A stretch of DNA of 64,000 nt from an uncultured Nitrososphaerota archaeon (lineage in GTDB: Archaea; Thermoproteota; EX4484-205; JAAOZP01): assembly GCA_964416155.1 (NCBI GenBank), contig CAYQCW010000002.1, positions 178,215-242,214 on the forward strand, written 5' to 3'. Position numbers and translations under genes: made by a program. This document shows positions 29,321 through 38,138 of the stretch, piece after piece (the stretch's first letter is position 1; each line of letters opens with the position of its first letter). A model generated the notes under the pieces. It made no database searches, had not been told where the DNA came from, and saw nothing but the letters and a program-made list of their open reading frames with translations.

Positions 29321-30556
29321 TTAATCTCTTTTCACAACAGGCTTTAACCAGCCAAGCGTCACTACGAAGCCGAAGAGGGTTAATATTGCAGCCACCGGAA
29401 GCACAGATAAGTATGTTCCAGTAATGTCCCTGAGAATCCCCGACATTGAGGTGCCTACGATAGCCCCGGCTCCATAGGCGGTGAACACCAGTCCATAGTT
29501 CTTAGAGTAGTATTTGGCTCCGAAAAACATTTTAGTTATCGTTGGGGCCATCGCCAGCCATCCGCCTAGGTTAAGCCAAAGAATGCTGAAGAAAACAAGG
29601 TATACAAATGGATTCCCCTCTCCGAAAAAGTATAGGACGAGGGAGGAAGCGGACACTAGTCCGAAAGACAGTAGAGCGCCTTTCCTTGGACCAAGCCTGT
29701 CAGTGATAACTCCGAACAGCGGTCTGCCGACACCATTAAACACTGAGAACAGCGAGATTGAAAACGCTGACAAAGTGGCGTCAAGCTTGGCAACCTCGAT
29801 TCCGAATGGAGAGGCGATTCCCACCGCCATAAGGCCAGTCATGGAGCCAACCGTGTATGCTAACCATAATGCGTAGAAGCTCCTAGTCCTAATCATCTGG
29901 CTTCTCTTCAAGTTGCTGCTGGTTTCTCTGCTGACGATCGGCGTGGAACCAGTGCCTGAGGCAGCACCCTCTTTCGACGGAAATCTTAGAGGTAGTGAGA
30001 GAGCAATCAGCAGCACTAGGAAAGCGGTGCCTGAATAAAAAAATGTTTGAGGCGGCCCGACTGTTTTTATTAGCTCGGCGAGGATCGGGGCAATTAAGAG
30101 GCCTGAAAGCCCGAAACCCATAACCGTCAAACCTATTGTGAAGCCGCTTCTATGGGGGAACCATGCTGCAGTCACCGCTATAGGGCAGCCGTAAGCAATT
30201 CCGACGCCGGCCCCGCCAACCACCCCGTAGAGTATCGTTAGAGCCTCTATGTTTGGAGAGAAGCCCGCCCCCATCCATCCTGCGGCCACCAGGACGCTTC
30301 CCAAAAGACTTGTCTTCCTGGGACCCCATTTCCTGATTAAACCCCCTGCGACCGCCATCATGGCCGCGAAAACAGCCAAGAAAACCATGAACGGTAAACC
30401 GCTCAGCGCAGCACCGATCCTCCAAAGACCCTCCAAGGGTTTTCTGAAGATGCTGAAAGAATAGACCGCTCCGAGGCACAGGTTGATCAGAAACCCGGAG
30501 GCGATGAGAAGCCATCCTGTCCTCTCAGACCCACTAACTGTTTTCAAACTGCTCAT
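29321..30556 (-). CDS. MFS transporter, oxalate/formate antiporter (OFA) family
   Basis: LGAVYSFSIF, GIAYGCP...WFP, NGVGRPLFG.ITDRLG, NYGLVFTAYG. Confidence 0.85.
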   Translation of the reverse strand: MSSLKTVSGSERTGWLLIASGFLINLCLGAVYSFSIFRKPLEGLWRIGAALSGLPFMVFLAVFAAMMAVAGGLIRKWGPRKTSLLGSVLVAAGWMGAGFSPNIEALTILYGVVGGAGVGIAYGCPIAVTAAWFPHRSGFTIGLTVMGFGLSGLLIAPILAELIKTVGPPQTFFYSGTAFLVLLIALSLPLRFPSKEGAASGTGSTPIVSRETSSNLKRSQMIRTRSFYALWLAYTVGSMTGLMAVGIASPFGIEVAKLDATLSAFSISLFSVFNGVGRPLFGVITDRLGPRKGALLSFGLVSASSLVLYFFGEGNPFVYLVFFSILWLNLGGWLAMAPTITKMFFGAKYYSKNYGLVFTAYGAGAIVGTSMSGILRDITGTYLSVLPVAAILTLFGFVVTLGWLKPVVKRD

Positions 30557-30587
30557 CTATTATCGTCCTTCCAGTAGGATGATGACC

Positions 30588-32639
30588 TTATGTTCTTTTC
30601 CGAAGAACCTCTTGTATCATCTTGTATGCTTCCGTAGCTTCTTTCACAGCAGCATCGTCTTCCAACGTCGTAACATCCCCCAGTGGCCTGTTGGAGACTA
30701 CTGCTCTCAGAAGCCTCCTCATGATTTTTCCACTCCTGGTTTTAGGAACAGCGTTGATGAAGACTATTATTGCATCCGAAGCCACGAGGGGACCTATTGT
30801 GGTTCTCAGGTGCATCTTCAACTCTTTCTCGAGGTCAGGAGTACCAGTATAACCATGCTTTAGAACGGTGAATATCATTGGAACTTCTCCCTTCACCTCG
30901 TCAGGCTTCCCGACGCACGCGGCTTCTGAAACCGCCAGGTGCGTAACCATCGCTGATTCAACCTCAGCCGTCCCTATCCTGTGGCCAGCAACCTTGATCA
31001 CGTCGTCAGCCCTGCCAAGGATCCAGAAGTACCCGTCAGGATCCTTAACAGCGTAGTCACCAGTCCAGAAGCATCCTTCCCATCTCTTCCAGTATACCTC
31101 TACATACCTGTTCGGGTCCCTATAGAGCGTCATAAGCATACCCGGCCAAGGAGTATTTAGTACAAAGTATCCTCTTACGCCTGGAGGACAAGGGTTTCCA
31201 TCCTCATCTATGACATCTCCCTTCACTCCTGGAATAATGTATCCGTTTGTCCCTGGTTTAAGCGGGAAGATTTTTCCAAGCCCGGGGAAGTGCCCCGTAA
31301 GAATGTGCCCGGTCTCAGTCATCCACCAGGTGCTGGAGCAAACCACGACACTGTTGCAAACCTTCGTGTAGAGCCACCTGAAAGCCTCCGGGTTTATTGG
31401 CTCTCCGACGGTGTGCACAATCCTGAGAGTGGACAAGTCGTGCTTCTTTACATACTCCTCTGGAAACCTCATCAGCATCCTAACAGCTGTCGGAGCAGTG
31501 TAGAAAATAGTGACCCCATACCTCTCTATTATGCTCCACCATCTGTCTGGAGCCGGATAGTCAGGAGCACCCTCATACATTAGGGTCGTGGTTCCAACCA
31601 TGAGCGGCCCGTAAACTATGTAGGAGTGGCCAGTGACCCAGCCTATGTCAGCAGTACACCAGTAGATATCGTCCTCCCTCACGTCGAATATCATTTTCAT
31701 CGTCGCGTAGAGACCGACAGCGTAGCCACCTATGGGGGACTGAGTGCCCTTAGGAGCCCCGGTTGTACCGGAAGTGTAAAGCACATAGGAGAAGTCTTCA
31801 GAAGAGCAGGGCACTGCGTCAACCTTAGCGTTCTCAGGAATCCCGGCCATCAGCTCGTGGTGCCAAACATCTCTATTCTCGTCGAATGGAATGTCAGTCC
31901 TATCCGTCCTCCTGACGACGATTACTTTCTCAATCCTGTAACCTCTGCTCTCAAGTATTTTGACAGCCTCATCCACGATTTCCTTGAGCTTTACTATCTT
32001 TCCTCTTCTATAGAGGCCGTCTGCAGTAACTATTATCCTGGAGCCAGCTGCCTCCACCCTATCGGCTACGGCGACAGCGCTGAAACCGCTGTAGACTATG
32101 CTATGCTTCGCGCCTATCCTTTGAACAGCAAGCATGTATAAGGGGAGCTCCGGGATCATTGGCAGGTAGAAGGTTAAAATTTCCCCACCGCCCACGTTCA
32201 GCTTCTGTTTTAAGGCTAGGGCAATCTTGTTGGAAACCCTGTAAAGATCGTAATAAGTGAATTTCCTGACTTCTTTCGGTGTCCCTGTGGCCTCGTCAAC
32301 AGGCTCACCCTCCCATATTAAGGCAAGCTTGTTCTTCCTCCCGCTCTGAACCTGCCAATCCATGCACAAGTATGCTAGGTTCGTCTCCCCGCCTACGAAC
32401 CATCTGAAGAAAGGAGGGTTGCTATCGTCCAGAACATTCTCCCACTTCCTGGTCCAAGGCAGTTGCTCAGCCCACTTGCTCCACCATTTTTCAATAGCAG
32501 CCTTATCCTTAACCGTTTCCTCATGGAACTTTTTAAAATCCTCAGGATCCCAAACCCTGTCCCTCCACGGTGGGGGAACTATGTACTCTTTAAACTCTCT
32601 GTAGACTTCTGGTTTTTCTCCCATGCTTTCTCGGCTCAC
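30588..32639 (-). CDS. acs: AMP-forming acetyl-CoA synthetase
   Basis: YTSGTTGAPKG, WCTADIGWVTGHSY, TWWMTETG, GRADDVIKVAGHRIG, PKTRSGKIMRR. Confidence 0.95.
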   Translation of the reverse strand: MSRESMGEKPEVYREFKEYIVPPPWRDRVWDPEDFKKFHEETVKDKAAIEKWWSKWAEQLPWTRKWENVLDDSNPPFFRWFVGGETNLAYLCMDWQVQSGRKNKLALIWEGEPVDEATGTPKEVRKFTYYDLYRVSNKIALALKQKLNVGGGEILTFYLPMIPELPLYMLAVQRIGAKHSIVYSGFSAVAVADRVEAAGSRIIVTADGLYRRGKIVKLKEIVDEAVKILESRGYRIEKVIVVRRTDRTDIPFDENRDVWHHELMAGIPENAKVDAVPCSSEDFSYVLYTSGTTGAPKGTQSPIGGYAVGLYATMKMIFDVREDDIYWCTADIGWVTGHSYIVYGPLMVGTTTLMYEGAPDYPAPDRWWSIIERYGVTIFYTAPTAVRMLMRFPEEYVKKHDLSTLRIVHTVGEPINPEAFRWLYTKVCNSVVVCSSTWWMTETGHILTGHFPGLGKIFPLKPGTNGYIIPGVKGDVIDEDGNPCPPGVRGYFVLNTPWPGMLMTLYRDPNRYVEVYWKRWEGCFWTGDYAVKDPDGYFWILGRADDVIKVAGHRIGTAEVESAMVTHLAVSEAACVGKPDEVKGEVPMIFTVLKHGYTGTPDLEKELKMHLRTTIGPLVASDAIIVFINAVPKTRSGKIMRRLLRAVVSNRPLGDVTTLEDDAAVKEATEAYKMIQEVLRKRT

Positions 32640-32829
32640 GATTTAATCCGACGCTTTTTAAATGTTTCTTGTTAAAAACATGGAACTCAGAGGCTTTAAC
32701 ACGGCTAGGTTTCCAGCTTCAAAGTTTCTCCGTTTAAAGAGCTTTTAGAACCCTCTGGACCCTCCAAGCCTGCTCGAACAAAGGGGGAAGAGCTTAAAAA
32801 GGCCTTAGCCTTTTTTAAACAGATGCGAA

Positions 32830-34044
32830 ATGGCTTTAAGATTCAAGACGCTTGATGATTTCGACTTCAACGGGAGAACCGTTATCCTGAGGGTTGACAT
32901 AAATTCTCCGCTCGATCCTCAAACGATGGAGATAATTGACGACTCCAGGATAAGGGAGCATTCTGAAACCATAAAGGAGCTCCTCAGGAGAAACGCTAAG
33001 GTGGTGATCCTTGGCCACCAGGGCAGGAAGGGTGATCCTGATTTCACGGATTTCAGCAGGCATTACAGGACCATGCTAAAATATGTTCCAAGCCTAAAAT
33101 ACGTGAATGACATCACGGGTTTAAAGGCTATAAACGCTATAAGGGAGCTGAAGCCGGGTGAGGCGCTTCTGCTTGAAAACGTCAGGATGCTGGACGAGGA
33201 GACTGAGACAAAGACTGCCGAGGAGCATGCTAGGGGAATGCTGGTTTCAACACTAGCCCCGTTTGCAGACTTTTTCGTCAACGATGCTTTCTCAGCTTCA
33301 CACAGGGCTCACGCTTCAGTAATAGGGTTCACGGCAGTACTGCCCTCAGCAGCCGGCAGGGTTATGGAGAGAGAGCTGAGGGCTCTCGAGAAGGTTGTTG
33401 ACAATCCTTCTAAACCCTGTATCTACGTCCTAGGGGGGGCTAAGGCTAAGGAGACTTTTAAAGTGATCGAGAATGTTCTCGACAAGGGTATTGCTGACAG
33501 GGTTCTACTAGGGGGAATGATTGCGCAAGTATTTCACGAGGCCGCCGGCTTCAGGCTTGGCGGTACTAACTCTAAGCTGATAGAGGAGAAGGGCCTAGGC
33601 AAGTTCCGGGAGGCAGCTTCTAAAATCTTGGACAAGCATTCTCAAAACATTATGCTTCCATACGATTACGCTGTCGACATGGATGGTGAGAGGGTTGAAT
33701 ACATGGTTTCCCAGCTGCCTGTTGAACGCCCGTTGAAAGACATAGGGTCTGAAACGATAAGGGTTTTCTCGAGAGAGTTGCAGAAGGCCAGCACGATCGT
33801 CTTCAACGGCCCTGTCGGAGTCTTCGAGGAGGAGGCTTTCGCAAAAGGCACCCTGGAGCTTTACAGGGCTGCGGCTTTTTCAAAGGCATTCAGCGTCGTC
33901 GGCGGAGGCCACTCGATCTCGGCGCTTGAAAAAGCCGGAGTATATGATAAGATTGGTTTCGTAAGCACCGCTGGAGGAGCCTTAATAAGCTATCTGTCCG
34001 GAGAGAAGCTTCCAGGGGTTGAAGCATTAAAGACTCTGCAATAG
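32830..34044 (+). CDS. pgk: phosphoglycerate kinase
   Basis: LRVDINSP, HQGR, LLENVR, NDAFSASHR, GGAK, NGPVGVFE, STAGGA. Confidence 0.96.
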   Translation: MALRFKTLDDFDFNGRTVILRVDINSPLDPQTMEIIDDSRIREHSETIKELLRRNAKVVILGHQGRKGDPDFTDFSRHYRTMLKYVPSLKYVNDITGLKAINAIRELKPGEALLLENVRMLDEETETKTAEEHARGMLVSTLAPFADFFVNDAFSASHRAHASVIGFTAVLPSAAGRVMERELRALEKVVDNPSKPCIYVLGGAKAKETFKVIENVLDKGIADRVLLGGMIAQVFHEAAGFRLGGTNSKLIEEKGLGKFREAASKILDKHSQNIMLPYDYAVDMDGERVEYMVSQLPVERPLKDIGSETIRVFSRELQKASTIVFNGPVGVFEEEAFAKGTLELYRAAAFSKAFSVVGGGHSISALEKAGVYDKIGFVSTAGGALISYLSGEKLPGVEALKTLQ

Positions 34045-34103
34045 CTTAAATCTAGAATCACCTTATAAGATAGTGCTTGAAAACAGTTGGTTAAGAACAG
34101 GGT

Positions 34104-34220
34104 TTACTTGAAGAAGAGCCTTACGTAACGGTACTCTCTAGCGGGAAGGTCTGCGCGAAGATCCTGCACGACCTCCTCCCAGTCAATCTTCTTCCCCCCG
34201 TTCCTTTTCTTCCAAACCAT
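34104..34220 (-). CDS. unannotated 38-aa small protein MVWKKRNGGKKIDWEEVVQDLRADLPAREYRYVRLFFK
   Basis: ATG at 34220 to TAA at 34104. Strong SD GGAGGTG 8 nt upstream and TATA TTTAAATA about 40 nt upstream on the minus strand. Confidence 0.6.
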   Translation of the reverse strand: MVWKKRNGGKKIDWEEVVQDLRADLPAREYRYVRLFFK

Positions 34221-34310
34221 CTTTCTTCCACCTCCAATTACGCCAAGGGAGGGTGATTATTTAAAGCCGGCTCGCGTTTCAAGCTTACAACCCGTATTCC
34301 AGCACAGTAA

Positions 34311-34501
34311 TCACATTACGTGAGCCCTATTCGTCGCATGCTCAACAAGAGTTATGCCTAAAGAGTTTTGAAGAGGCGGAGGATGATTCGATGCGAATAG
34401 CACGCGTACGCAGGGACGGTCTTGACACAGACCTGAACCCGGCAGTATGAAGCCCCCAGGCCGAGGAACCGGGAGTCTCCCGGATTTAGCCACGGGAAGA
34501 T
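34311..34501 (+). mobile_element. degenerate IS200/IS605-like right end / orphan omegaRNA-like structured remnant (no tnpA/tnpB)
   Basis: Ends in GAGTCTCCCGGATTTAGCCACGGGAAG, resembling IS605/IS1341 subterminal hairpins. Further stems upstream: CTATTC-GCAT/ATGC-GAATAG, GGTCT/AGACC, CCCGG/CCGGG. Confidence 0.4.
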
Positions 34502-35724
34502 TTAAACGCTTCCTCTAGCAACCCTCGCCGTGCAGTAACCGTTGTACGCTATTTTGAAGACGAGTATGGAGACAGTTTTGTTCGCTATTCTTTCAACGCC
34601 GCCCATAGTTATCCTCAGGAATTTGAATCTTGAAAGCACGTCGTCAAGCTCCTTCTCCCTCTTCGGTCGGAGGGAGCTGAATGCTTTAACAAGTATTTCA
34701 ACAGCCTCCTTCACGTTCTTCCTCTGAGCCTCAATAGGGTCCTCCCTACCTTCGAAGAGGAAAGACAGGGCGTCCATGGCTTCAACCACCCGCTTAATGT
34801 TTAGGCAGATGCCTGCGAGCACAATAAGTCTCGACGCTTCTTCAACGCTTACTGAAGCGATGTTTTTAACCAGCTCTCCCATAAGCTGGTTGTGTTTAGA
34901 ATTCAGCATAGCTATGTTGCTGGACTGGCTGCTTCCAAGCCCCTCGGTAACCATTCCTATCCCCATAAGTATCTCGCTAATCTGACTGAAATAGTTCTCG
35001 TACTTCTCTCCAGTAGCTTCTTCAAATATCTTTGAGGGCGAAGGTAGAATGAGGTCTGGCTTCTCCTGCAGACTTCTCGAAGGCCCTCTCTGCAGGAAGG
35101 GGGCTCTAGTCAGGTATGGGCCCGGCGGCGGCTTATAGTCTAGGCAGCATCCTCCAACGTATTCGAGAAGGGTGCATCCGTTCCTGGGGCATACTCAGCC
35201 TTGCGGAGCAAGTCTACTGCACCCCAGAGAACCTTGTAAAGAATTGACACCAGCTCCCTTTCCTCCGTCCTCCTCTCTCCAATGTTGACAGCTATCCTCC
35301 CGCTTGTTGTCACTAGAAACCTCAGGTTTCCGAAGAAGGTGTCGATAACCTCGACGCCATCACCGTTAACCCGCTCAGGCTTCCATAGCAAGTTGATAAG
35401 GTAGCGAGAAGTATCGTAATCCAGAAACCTCGTTGGAAGTTTTTCACAGTGTTCCTCAAAGTAGTTCGGATGCACATACTTAGTCTTAAACCCTGGGACT
35501 GTGATTATTGAAGGCGAGGAGTGTACAACCCCCTTCTTAAGCATCTCCTCTATCCTACTCCTGTTTTCAGAGTATCCTTCGCGCTGGAGTATCGGACAGT
35601 CTGTCAAGCTGTTGGCTCCAAGCAGGAGCCTGCGCGCGAACGTAGCGCACGTAGCGTTGCCGCAGAGCCCACAGTCATAGCCCGGCATCATCCTTCTAAA
35701 CCCTGCGAAACCGTGTGCAGCCAT
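34502..35724 (-). CDS. Fe-S-binding protein, ~400 aa when spliced (exons 35724-35214 and 35193-34502); split into 194-aa and 154-aa ORFs in the track
   Basis: N-terminal PGYDCGLCGNATC...C FeS domain (RnfB/CdhE-type). The downstream frame is open from 35194 and has no start for 76 codons. Removing 20 nt gives LWGAVVCPRNGCTLLEYVGGCC and one 1203-nt ORF. Confidence 0.75.
35194..35213 (-). other. candidate 20-nt bulge-helix-bulge/loop mRNA intron
   Basis: mRNA reads CUGGGGUG CAGU AG^A CUUGC UCC GCAAG GCUG AG^UA UGCCCCAG. It has a 4-bp central helix, a 3-nt bulge, a 5-bp intron stem and an 8-bp exon stem. Cuts after the 2nd bulge nucleotide restore the frame. Confidence 0.72.
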
Positions 35725-35779
35725 CTGCTTATTCTCCTAATACACCGGTAAATAGTCTTTTCCCCTTCCAAGCTGTTTT

Positions 35780-36955
35780 TCAAGTCTCTTCGAGAACCTG
35801 CTTTTCAACGGTTTTCCTAAAGTATGCCTCCCGTATTTCAGCAATTCTTTCCCCAACTATCCTAGCCTCCTCGACGGTGTTGAAAACCGTGGGAGATAGC
35901 CTCAGAACCTCCCTCCCGCCCGTCTTACTTAGGATAATCGGGTTGTCGAAGCTGCCGGACTCGGCAAGTATGTGGAACTGATCCTCCAGAATAGTTTGAA
36001 GAAGGCTTGAAGGAACCTGGTCAAGCACTAGTGAGAGTATCCCTGTCCTCAGCTCTTTTGAAGCAGACTGGTAAAAGGTTACTCCTTCTCCTGCTGCAGC
36101 GTTAACGATCTCTTCAGCAAGGTTTTTCTCATGATTTAAAATATCTTCGAAACCCAGTTTGTTAAGATACTCTAAGGCTGCTGCCAAAGCTACGACGCCG
36201 ATGTAGTTCTCTTTCTCAGCCTGCTTCACCACGAAGAAGCCCGGGGTCTTCTCAATCCTGCTAAGCCTCTCCTCTGAAACATAAAGTATGCTCAGTCCCT
36301 CTATGCTGAACATGTTGCCAGACTTGAAAAAAGCATAGTCAACAGCCATCTTAGGAGGAGTAAGCCTAGTTCTTTGAGCGGAGTAGGTAGCATCCAGAAT
36401 GGTCAGAACACTCTTCTCCTTTAGAAACGGCATAATCTTGTCGATCGGGAGCATTGCTCCAGTTGCTCCTGAAACATGGTTCAACAGTGCTGCTTTAACA
36501 CTCTTCCCAACTACCGCCCCCTTAAGCTTCTCTTCAAAACCCTTCTCCTCTAATTCCAGAACCTCGAGCCTACCCTTCATCGTTTCAACATACTCCTTAA
36601 GGAGGCTCATAACCCCGCCTTGAGCATTGGAGGAGACTAGGAAAACCTCGTTTTTCTTAAAATCAATGCTTTGAAGGATCAGCAGGAGGCTTTGAAGATT
36701 GCTCGACGTAAAGACTATGCTGTCCTCACCCACTCCGAAGTGCTCGAAAACCCTTCCACGAGCCTCCTCATAGAGCTCGAGAGCCCTGTGGGAAGAAGTA
36801 TTCTCCAGCCCTGGTTTACTCTTCACCTCATTATAGTAGGCAAGTATTTTCTCTAAAACCGGGACAGGTATCCCAGTCGAATCAACATTATTCATAAAAA
36901 TGTACTCTCCCGCAATACTCGGAAAATCCTCCCTTATCCTGTAAGGGTCCAGCAT
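35780..36955 (-). CDS. aminotransferase class V / SufS-like protein, catalytic residues degenerate
   Basis: IREDFP, YEEARGRV, LNHVSGATG, ILDATYS, LRLSPTVFNT give the fold. SGHK is replaced by KSGN and RxGHHC by ESGSFD. Confidence 0.8.
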   Translation of the reverse strand: MLDPYRIREDFPSIAGEYIFMNNVDSTGIPVPVLEKILAYYNEVKSKPGLENTSSHRALELYEEARGRVFEHFGVGEDSIVFTSSNLQSLLLILQSIDFKKNEVFLVSSNAQGGVMSLLKEYVETMKGRLEVLELEEKGFEEKLKGAVVGKSVKAALLNHVSGATGAMLPIDKIMPFLKEKSVLTILDATYSAQRTRLTPPKMAVDYAFFKSGNMFSIEGLSILYVSEERLSRIEKTPGFFVVKQAEKENYIGVVALAAALEYLNKLGFEDILNHEKNLAEEIVNAAAGEGVTFYQSASKELRTGILSLVLDQVPSSLLQTILEDQFHILAESGSFDNPIILSKTGGREVLRLSPTVFNTVEEARIVGERIAEIREAYFRKTVEKQVLEET

Positions 36956-37019
36956 ATGGTTTTTAACACTCAGTTAGCTTGTTTAAAGCACCTTTTAAAG
37001 CTTATAGCAATCGTGAAAG

Positions 37020-37146
37020 CCGTGTAGCAGGTGAGCGGCTGCGCACTGGAGGCTACGGACAGGCTCTTCTCAACCGGACTATTAACCATGCGAGCCACGG
37101 GGGACTCGCAGGAATAGGGAATACCCGCTGTCAAGCGGCTGCTGCG
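37020..37146. ncRNA. candidate structured ncRNA between divergent genes
   Basis: GC-rich non-coding stretch flanked by two AAGCTTATA elements. The minus strand has stem AGCGGGU/ACCUGCU followed by ACA, plus hairpin UGCGAGUC/GGCUCGCA. Confidence 0.35.
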
Positions 37147-37186
37147 TTAAGCTTATAATGTTTCCCACTAAGATTCGAGAAGACCG

Positions 37187-38119
37187 TTGAGCAGGGAGCA
37201 TACGGGCGAGCATGTGTTAATGGGCTGTTTGCAAAGAATTAAGGGGGGCTTAAAGGTGAAGAAGGTCGAGTTTTCAGAAGGCGCTGGTTCAGTAATCGTT
37301 GAAGTCGATTCGCTGAGTTTCAACGAGCTTGCAGAAGCTCAGGTAATGGCGAACAGTGTGATCTCGGAGGGAAGGGTTGTTAGGGAGCATTTTTTCGTCT
37401 CGCTTGAAGATGCTCAGAAGACCTTCCCAAGCCTGAGGGCGCACGAGGAGCGCATCAAGGGCCGTGTGAGGGTCGTTGAGATCGACGGGTTCGACTACTC
37501 AGCGTGCAGCGGCGAGCATGTTGGGAACACTAGGGAATGCGGGATGATTCTGGTTACGCATGTTTCTAAAAGCGGGGGCGAGTACAGGATCGACTTCCAA
37601 GTCGGAGAGAACGCCCTTGAAACCGCTGTCAGACTAAGCACCCTCTGCCTCTCAGTATCCTCAATACTCGGCTCACCGATTAGAAACCTTGAGAAGACGG
37701 TTCTTAACATGAGGATGGAGAACGAAGATATGAGGAGGAGGCTTTCAGCAGTAACTGAGCAGCTAGTCAACAATACTCTTCCGAAAACTGTTCTAGGCGA
37801 GACGGAGTTTTTCAGGGGCCTGTTGAAAGGCGTGGACGTTAGGACAGCTATGAAGACTGTCGGCGAACTTATAGGCAGAAGCAGAACCGTATACGTCATA
37901 GGCATGGAATGGCTTAGGGTGTGCAACATTCTCGTCGGCAGCAGTGACGGAAGGGTTAAGGCGGCTGAACTGGTCACAGGGGTTTGCAAAGTTTTCAACG
38001 GAAAGGGTGGTGGGGACGATAAGATAGCAATAGGCTCACTCCCATGCGACGCTTACGCTAAGGCTTTTGAAGAGACTGAGAAAACGGTTTTAAGGCTTTT
38101 GGGCAACCAGGTCACTTAA
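37187..38119 (+). CDS. alaX: AlaX-type alanyl-tRNA editing protein with C-terminal DHHA1/C-Ala domain
   Basis: HTGEH and CSGEHV zinc motifs, RVVEIDGFD, GKGGG. Confidence 0.85.
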   Translation: MSREHTGEHVLMGCLQRIKGGLKVKKVEFSEGAGSVIVEVDSLSFNELAEAQVMANSVISEGRVVREHFFVSLEDAQKTFPSLRAHEERIKGRVRVVEIDGFDYSACSGEHVGNTRECGMILVTHVSKSGGEYRIDFQVGENALETAVRLSTLCLSVSSILGSPIRNLEKTVLNMRMENEDMRRRLSAVTEQLVNNTLPKTVLGETEFFRGLLKGVDVRTAMKTVGELIGRSRTVYVIGMEWLRVCNILVGSSDGRVKAAELVTGVCKVFNGKGGGDDKIAIGSLPCDAYAKAFEETEKTVLRLLGNQVT

Positions 38120-38138
38120 CCCTATTTTTGCACGGGGC

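Noticed and set aside
27908-34263. Identical 14-mer AGGGTGATTATTTA in the clp1 (27908-27921) and small-ORF (34250-34263) promoters
   Set aside because: Half of it is the TATA box and there are only two copies, which is not enough to call a shared operator.
34311-34493. 60-aa minus-strand ORF in the track
   Set aside because: No SD or motif was seen, and the region is better explained as a structured IS-like remnant.
35195-35197. UGA read-through (selenocysteine) as the explanation for the split Fe-S gene
   Set aside because: The UGA is in the downstream frame while the FeS domain is in another frame, so read-through would not join them. No SECIS was seen.
35140-35215. Programmed ribosomal frameshift at the same junction
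   Set aside because: There is no slippery heptamer or long homopolymer in the frame overlap, and the BHB excision explains the frame change exactly.
37023-37129. tRNA(iMet)-like acceptor stem AGCGGGU/ACCUGCUA
   Set aside because: No D arm, anticodon arm or TpsiC loop could be built, even allowing for introns.
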